A stretch of 38,081 bases of DNA from Fibrobacteria bacterium (GTDB taxonomy: Bacteria > Fibrobacterota > Fibrobacteria > UBA11236). A program made the position numbers and the translations under genes. Position 1 is the stretch's first letter; each line of letters begins with the position of its first letter. The DNA lies in assembly GCA_043732185.1 (NCBI GenBank), contig JAYTHY010000038.1:1-38081 (forward strand), written 5' to 3'. Of the stretch, positions 34,924 through 38,081 are shown piece by piece. The notes under the pieces were generated by a model. It ran no database searches, was not told the DNA's origin, and saw only the letters and a list, made by a program, of their open reading frames with translations.

Positions 34924-36720
34924 TCAATGCAATCCAGCCGCCTTCCTAATCCATGCCTCAGCCGCCTGAGCGATAGCCGTCGTATCCTGATGCATATCAA
35001 GCGGCGACGGAACGCCAAGTAAATCCACCAAAGCATTTTCCGCATAATACCGCACTAGAGGATAGGGACCCTTGAGCTCATGGGTAACCAAAGCGATCGA
35101 TTTCATTTCATGACGCTTGCCGGATAAATAAAGCGCCACCGCTTTTTCATGCGGTTTCCCAAGACGAAGTGTCGCTTCAATGGGATTCGCGGAAAAACTG
35201 CCATAAAGCTCAGTAATCTTTTTACGATCGTATTTGTGTGGCCACCAATGTTCCATAGTGTCAATTATTTCACCCACGGATTTTTCACCATGACAAAGGG
35301 CGCACTCCAGGGGTCGATCGCGCTCCACCCGCACGGGATCATTGGGTGAACCCACCCGATGGTAACGGGAAAGCCGTGTGTCCAATGACATATTTTTCCT
35401 CGGCATGTGGCAGTTTAGACATAAACTTCCTTGCCCAGCCAGTGAGTGATGAGAATGCGTGCGCAATGCCTGAGGATTTTGAAATTGACTGTGGCAGCGC
35501 AAACAAACATCATTTCCAGCTGAACCTTCTAATCGTGCCAACTGTTGTGAGTCGTCATGTCGGTGCGGATCATGACAATCCGTACAGGTAACAGCACAAT
35601 TTCCCAATAGCATGTCTCGCGCCTCACCAGAATTGATATGCGCGCCACCGGGATTATCATCCTTGCGGTGCCCACCTTCCCAGGTCCATGGATATCCAGT
35701 AAATAAAACCTGATGGCACCGTGCACAAACACGGGTAATTTGTTGGGCATGCAAAGCCTGAGAGGAAAGGACTTGTGGCTTGGTGCGTAAAAAACCACTG
35801 TGCGGTTCAAAGCTGGGATTAAACATCCAAGGGTGTTCCACATGTTCCTGACTGCCACCATGGCATGACTCACAGCCAATCCCTAATTCAATTAAATGCG
35901 TCTCGTTAAACAATGCACTGGTGCTTGTTAATGCTGTCCGAATTAATTTGGGTAGGGGCAATAATTCCGGAACGCTCGAGTGGCGTAAAAAACGAATCTC
36001 GGCCGCAAGCGCATTGCGCAATTCCGTTGAATCCGTTATCAATATACTCCACCGTCGATCCATGGGAAGGTTCGCATCCACCACTTCGCCTTGATAATTA
36101 CGGATGCGCGATCCGGACAAGGCGCCAAGAATCGTTGATAAGTAGGGAACGGTATTGTGGCAAAAAATGCAGGTCTGATTCCAAACTGCTCCAGGTTTAA
36201 GACCAGGACGTTCCGGATCCATTACGGAATAGCCTTTATATCGAAACTCGGAGGTCCTGATAATGTAGGAGACTGGCAATATGGTTTCCGTAAGAGTATC
36301 CGACTTGCCGACTTCCACCCCTGCAAAATCTTCGCGATGATGTCCACCTATAACTTTTGTAACACGATATAAATGATTTCCAAATTCTTGGGACTCCAGG
36401 TGCATCCATCGAAATCCACCGTGACTCTCCAATCGAACCCGATCATTTTTAAAATGAAAAACCACACTGTCAAAGGGCGCATGAATATGCGCAGAACCGG
36501 GAAGTCGGGTCATATTATGCATCGGAGATTGCATGTATTCCCGGTAAATTTCTTGATGGCAATAAAAACAAGCGCGTGATCCTGCATAATCGGTTCGCAG
36601 GATATTGCTTTTGACGGGGTGCCCGCCAAGCCTATGCAGCGAGTGCCACGATGGACCAACGCAGCCCGAAATTAACAAGATAAAGTAAGCGATAATAAGT
36701 TTAATCAAAATGAGTTTCAT
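34924..36720 (-). CDS. Multiheme c-type cytochrome lipoprotein (8 CxxCH) with HEAT-like C-terminus
   Basis: Lipobox LISGC; CFYCH, CIFCH, CESCH, CARCH, CTDCH, CLRCH, CLNCH, CALCH; helical tail YPLVRYYAENAL. Confidence 0.9.
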   Translation of the reverse strand: MKLILIKLIIAYFILLISGCVGPSWHSLHRLGGHPVKSNILRTDYAGSRACFYCHQEIYREYMQSPMHNMTRLPGSAHIHAPFDSVVFHFKNDRVRLESHGGFRWMHLESQEFGNHLYRVTKVIGGHHREDFAGVEVGKSDTLTETILPVSYIIRTSEFRYKGYSVMDPERPGLKPGAVWNQTCIFCHNTVPYLSTILGALSGSRIRNYQGEVVDANLPMDRRWSILITDSTELRNALAAEIRFLRHSSVPELLPLPKLIRTALTSTSALFNETHLIELGIGCESCHGGSQEHVEHPWMFNPSFEPHSGFLRTKPQVLSSQALHAQQITRVCARCHQVLFTGYPWTWEGGHRKDDNPGGAHINSGEARDMLLGNCAVTCTDCHDPHRHDDSQQLARLEGSAGNDVCLRCHSQFQNPQALRTHSHHSLAGQGSLCLNCHMPRKNMSLDTRLSRYHRVGSPNDPVRVERDRPLECALCHGEKSVGEIIDTMEHWWPHKYDRKKITELYGSFSANPIEATLRLGKPHEKAVALYLSGKRHEMKSIALVTHELKGPYPLVRYYAENALVDLLGVPSPLDMHQDTTAIAQAAEAWIRKAAGLH

Positions 36721-36760
36721 GTGTCATCAGCCTTACGGATGGATCAGAATCGTCTACGAG

Positions 36761-37252
36761 TTACTCCTTGATGTTACTAGGTACATTCTTTACAAGACAG
36801 AAATTCTTCCCGAACGCACCTGCCTTTAGACAGAGTGAATCCGATTCTAAAGTGAAATTGGACAGCCCATTAAAACCTGTATCCCGGCACAATCGCAATG
36901 TGTCCCTGGAGAAACGTGAATCAGTAAAATTCCCTCTGAACCTTAAAGTGTCTCCCGATAGAAAGTATGGACCGGCTGCGTAGATTTGATGGTCAATTTG
37001 GGAACAGGGCATGAAATGTTTTGGATGCTCCGGGTCCATGTAGCGTTGCACCAAAAAGAAAGAATCTGGAGTGAAACGGAAATTAATTTTTTCGAACTCA
37101 AAAATCCTGCCGTCGTCCCACACCCAATTTCCAATTAATCGATATGAGGCTAGGTGCTGCCTTTTCCATAGGTGGCGCAGGTAAAAACCACTTTCGACCA
37201 AACAGGCCAAAAGCAGAATGAAAAGCATCTGCCCTTGCCATTTTTTAACCAC
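36761..37252 (-). CDS. Hypothetical membrane-anchored protein (lipocalin-like beta domain)
   Basis: N-terminal hydrophobic segment; LIGNWVW and FTLESDSL beta-strand motifs. Confidence 0.6.
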   Translation of the reverse strand: MVKKWQGQMLFILLLACLVESGFYLRHLWKRQHLASYRLIGNWVWDDGRIFEFEKINFRFTPDSFFLVQRYMDPEHPKHFMPCSQIDHQIYAAGPYFLSGDTLRFRGNFTDSRFSRDTLRLCRDTGFNGLSNFTLESDSLCLKAGAFGKNFCLVKNVPSNIKE

Positions 37253-37414
37253 AGTACGCGTATTTGTTCATTTTCATACATTCAAATTACATATGCGGGG
37301 ACAAGAACCAAAGCATCCTCCTTCCAAAGAAAATCGTGTCTGGGTACCTCCTTGAACTTCAAATTAAAATCGACCGTGAAACCATTTCCTCCCGATGTAA
37401 GCTAGATTCATGGA

Positions 37415-38081
37415 ATGATTAACAAAGGCATTCCCCGCACTGTATGGACATTAGGCTTTGTCAGTTTGTTTATGGACGTTTCATCGGAAATGGTTCACAG
37501 TTTGCTGCCTTTATTCCTCGTCACGGTGCTAGGAGTCTCCGCCATGCGAGTTGGCTTTATCGAAGGGGTGGCCGAAAGCACGGCCATGATCGTAAAGATC
37601 TTTTCTGGTAGCCTCAGTGACTGGTTAGGCAAACGAAAAATTCTCGCCCTTATTGGCTACAGTCTTGGGGCCGCGACCAAACCCTTGTTTGCACTCGCCG
37701 CCACCTCCAATCTGGTCTTTGCCGCCCGCTTTCTAGACCGGATTGGCAAAGGCATACGCGGCGCTCCGCGCGACGCTTTGATAGCCGATGTGACGCCTCC
37801 AGAAATTCGAGGGGCCGCATTTGGCTTAAGACAATCCCTCGACACCGTAGGCGCGCTGCTGGGACCCTTGCTGGCCATAATCCTGATGAAATATTTGCAT
37901 GGAAACTTCCGCAGCATCTTTTGGATCGCAACGCTACCAGGATTCCTGGCGGTTATCTTATTGGCATTTTTCGTCCGCGACCCAGAACCCAAAGACATCA
38001 AGGCGCCGCACTTCCCCATCAACCAAGCGGCGATGCGCCAATTAAAGCAGGGATTCTGGCTGGTAGTGCTCTTTGGGGGCT
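37415..38081 (+). CDS. MFS transporter, partial (runs off the window; missing from the ORF track)
   Basis: MINKGIPRTVWTLGFVSLFMDVSSEMVHSLLP...SGSLSDWLGKRK...RFLDRIGKGIRGAPRDALIAD. Confidence 0.93.
   Translation, partial: MINKGIPRTVWTLGFVSLFMDVSSEMVHSLLPLFLVTVLGVSAMRVGFIEGVAESTAMIVKIFSGSLSDWLGKRKILALIGYSLGAATKPLFALAATSNLVFAARFLDRIGKGIRGAPRDALIADVTPPEIRGAAFGLRQSLDTVGALLGPLLAIILMKYLHGNFRSIFWIATLPGFLAVILLAFFVRDPEPKDIKAPHFPINQAAMRQLKQGFWLVVLFGG

Noticed and set aside
1..38081. tRNA, rRNA, riboswitch, CRISPR array or transposase
   Set aside because: No matching repeat-spacer pattern, cloverleaf or conserved motif seen by eye; a covariance-model search would be needed to exclude small ncRNAs

Overview
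A gene-dense bacterial chromosome segment. FCB group, most plausibly Fibrobacterota, is inferred from the T9SS/FlgD-like C-terminal tails on secreted proteases and a Fibrobacter-type LexA-box-like motif. The left half holds housekeeping and unknown genes: a papain-like protease, typA, an SH3/DUF4388 membrane protein, ruvX, a zinc-metalloprotease lipoprotein, DUF4416, HU, comEC, argA, a TrpD-like protein, an orphan T6SS DUF4123 chaperone with a partner, a Zn-ribbon protein and an AI-2E transporter. The centre (18.1-27.0 kb, minus strand) is the most notable part. It is a co-oriented damage-tolerance/mutagenesis cassette: dnaE2 - PIN/NYN - Fic - alkD - catalytically dead Y-family polymerase (ImuB-like, with clamp and RecA-NT motifs) - DinB-family - DUF1697 - DUF72. 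No imuA is present. Two near-identical operator/promoter elements (TACATTTGkGCAG) sit directly against the start codons of dnaE2 and DUF72. The right part holds an outer-membrane barrel, SRPBCC plus photolyase, and a tandem pair of secreted S8 proteases whose second copy carries ATC where its paralog has ATG. An octaheme lipoprotein cytochrome and a truncated MFS transporter follow. I saw no rRNA, tRNA, CRISPR array, transposase or integrase. All family calls come from motif recognition by eye; no database search was run.
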